Positions 62,173 to 64,000 of a stretch of DNA of 64,000 bases are shown one piece after another (position 1 is the first letter of the stretch; the number at the start of each line of letters is the position of its first letter). The stretch is from contig OZ253677.1 of assembly GCA_965263475.1 (NCBI GenBank), forward strand, positions 4,633,812 through 4,697,811, given 5' to 3'. This DNA comes from Mariniblastus sp. (GTDB lineage: Bacteria > Planctomycetota > Planctomycetia > Pirellulales > Pirellulaceae). Below the pieces are notes generated by a model. It was given only the letters and a program-made list of their open reading frames with translations, did not search any database and was not told the origin of the DNA. Position numbers and translations under genes: made by a program.

Positions 62173-64000
62173 ATGAATAAGTTGTTTTTCAAGATCTCGT
62201 TGCTTTTTCATGTTGCAACTGCAATGGTTTGGACGACGGTTGCAGATTCTCATGCTCAGCAACCAAATATCGTCTTAATCGTTGTCGATGACGCTGGATA
62301 CGTCGATTTTGGATTTATGGGTTCTACCGAAATCCCAACTCCGAACTTGGACGCCCTCGCATCGACGGGCGTGGTCTTCACACAGGCATACACGGGGCAA
62401 GCTTGTTCGCCTTCTCGTGCCGCATTTTTGACGGGTATTCATCACAGCCGCTTAGGATATGAAGCGAATCTTCAAAACACCAATGATCCGATCAACGAGC
62501 ATTTCGAAGGTTTGCCAAATGCTGTCGTTACTGTTTTTGAACGTCTAAAGTCGTTGGGGTATTCCACGAGCGTCACCGGCAAATGGCATGTTGGGGGGGT
62601 GGACGATATTGTGGTCGACGGAAAAGTCACCGTTCCAGGAAACAAGCCACCCAAACAAGGCGTCGATCATTTTGTTGGATTTCAAGCCGGTGGTGGGCTG
62701 CAGGAGATGTTTCTCAATGCCGATGGAACGAACAACATAACGAACGTTTCATCCAACGGGCAGTATTGGTCTGATTTTTGGGGAGACCGTGCCATTGGTT
62801 ATATTGACCAGCATTATACCGATACTAATCCGTTTTTTTTGTATGTCTCTTTCAATGATCCTCACTCACCTATCCAAGAAGCTCCTTCATTTAACGATCC
62901 GCTGCTTAATGGTTTGACGGGGCAACGCCGGCGATATGCTTCGGAAATGTTGACAGTTGACAACAATGTCGGAAGGATCGTAGAAAAGCTTCGTGATCCA
63001 AACAGCGATGGCGATGTTTCGGATTCGATTTTGGACACCACGCTGATTGTTTTTCTGAATGATAATGGTGGGGTACTGGGCAATTCGGCTGACAATGGAA
63101 CACTTCGAGACCAAAAAGGCAGCCCGTACGAAGGTGGAATACGCGTGCCGATGTTCATGACTGGGGCGGGCGTTGTCCCCAGTCAAGTGGTTACCAGCTT
63201 CGATAAAATGGTACATTCGATTGATATTGTGCCAACGGTGGTGGCGGCGGCGGGAGGGTCTGTGCCCAAGGGTGCAATCGATGGCGTAAACTTATTGCCA
63301 TTTATCAATGGAACGGACAACTCCAATCCGCACACGTTTTTGGCCCAAAGAGTGCAAGAGGAAATCCAGTATCGTCTCAACGATTGGAAATTGGTCAAGA
63401 ATGGCTATGCAGGCAGTTGGGAGTTGTACGATTTTTCAAATGCTTCTTCGCAAAGTGAGGCTGCCAGTGCCGACTTGGCGGCGGCAAACCCGACCCAGGT
63501 GGAACTGATGCAACGCCTGTTGACGGACTGGGAAGTCACTGTCGACAAACAGCGGTTTCCTTCGACGGATGAAAATATCGCAGAATTTAATCTATTTGAC
63601 AATTTCGAATTTCGACCGGGATCTGGTAATTTTTCATCAGTTAACCGCTGGACTGGGCCGGATGGCTCGTTGGCTACCATGCGAGATCGAGATTCGTACG
63701 TTGGGACCGTATTTCGATTCGAAACTTCGAGCACAGACTATTCTGCATTCAACGATTTGCAGCGAATGAACGAACTAGAATTCATTGCACATGGATTCGA
63801 ATTCGCCGGCAATGTGGGCAGTGCGGTTCATCACTCCGGTTCCGTTCTAGGATTTCCCATCATCTTGGCAAATAACTTGGATGGCGAGCCTCCGTTTATT
63901 GAGCTATCGGCTACGAGGCCCGTGGACCGATTCTGGTTTCACCATGAAGTCGATTTGCTGCTGTATGATGATCTGATCATCGACGGCGACGGTTCTCAGG
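62173..64000 (+). CDS. Sulfatase (formylglycine-dependent arylsulfatase family), 3'-partial at the window end
   Basis: This ORF is absent from the track because it is open-ended. My own translation from ATG 62173 gives MNKLFFKISLLFHVATAMVWTTVADSHAQQPNIVLIVVDDAGYVDFGFMG...QACSPSRAAFLTG...GKWHVGG...FLYVSFNDPHSP...IVFLNDNGG...KGSPYEGGIRVPM. I saw no stop up to position 64000. Confidence 0.9.
   Translation, partial: MNKLFFKISLLFHVATAMVWTTVADSHAQQPNIVLIVVDDAGYVDFGFMGSTEIPTPNLDALASTGVVFTQAYTGQACSPSRAAFLTGIHHSRLGYEANLQNTNDPINEHFEGLPNAVVTVFERLKSLGYSTSVTGKWHVGGVDDIVVDGKVTVPGNKPPKQGVDHFVGFQAGGGLQEMFLNADGTNNITNVSSNGQYWSDFWGDRAIGYIDQHYTDTNPFFLYVSFNDPHSPIQEAPSFNDPLLNGLTGQRRRYASEMLTVDNNVGRIVEKLRDPNSDGDVSDSILDTTLIVFLNDNGGVLGNSADNGTLRDQKGSPYEGGIRVPMFMTGAGVVPSQVVTSFDKMVHSIDIVPTVVAAAGGSVPKGAIDGVNLLPFINGTDNSNPHTFLAQRVQEEIQYRLNDWKLVKNGYAGSWELYDFSNASSQSEAASADLAAANPTQVELMQRLLTDWEVTVDKQRFPSTDENIAEFNLFDNFEFRPGSGNFSSVNRWTGPDGSLATMRDRDSYVGTVFRFETSSTDYSAFNDLQRMNELEFIAHGFEFAGNVGSAVHHSGSVLGFPIILANNLDGEPPFIELSATRPVDRFWFHHEVDLLLYDDLIIDGDGSQ

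Noticed and set aside
1-64000. A search for CRISPR arrays, IS/transposase or integrase genes, prophage genes, toxin-antitoxin pairs, and rRNA/tRNA genes.
   Set aside because: I saw no spaced direct repeats, no DDE/tyrosine-recombinase-like ORFs and no GTTCGAATC-type T-loops in a tRNA context. An eye-scan cannot exclude small or degenerate elements.

Overview
The window reads as a gene-dense chromosomal segment from a Planctomycetota genome, probably Pirellulales-like. That assignment is an inference from gene content: many secreted proteins with planctomycete-style dockerin-like tails, PEP-CTERM proteins, a CSPSR sulfatase, an FwdC/FhcC-type gene and lipoprotein-type RND components. I support about 50 protein-coding genes on both strands.

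Housekeeping and metabolic genes:
- OYE flavin reductase, sdaA, hppD, proB-proA, trxB, cstA, mobA and rsfS.
- A Rieske protein plus a DUF59 Fe-S assembly pair.
- An OMF / MFP-RND efflux locus.

The first ~21 kb look like a secreted-protein island. Of 14 genes there, 6 end in a ~52-aa duplicated dockerin-like module and 2 end in PEP-CTERM signals.

I found no rRNA, tRNA, CRISPR array, transposase or integrase. The supplied ORF track uses ATG, GTG and TTG starts and takes the longest frame, so I re-set several starts to downstream ATGs that sit in front of signal peptides or conserved N-termini.

Most notable observations:
1. A secreted DNase-I-like (EEP) gene is separated by a single in-frame TGA from a 100-codon open extension ending in a canonical PEP-CTERM anchor.
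2. The dockerin-tagged set carries non-cellulolytic cargo, including redox enzymes.
3. One protein has three tandem ~227-aa modules plus a dockerin, an architecture like a scaffoldin.
4. A signal-peptide protein made of CG(S/T)T and CGTSYAST repeats is encoded by 12/24-nt tandem DNA repeats and has its own strong terminator.
5. A membrane Ser/Thr kinase homologue has its catalytic motifs replaced, suggesting a pseudokinase.

All homology calls rest on motifs read by eye, with no database search, so family names are hypotheses of varying strength.
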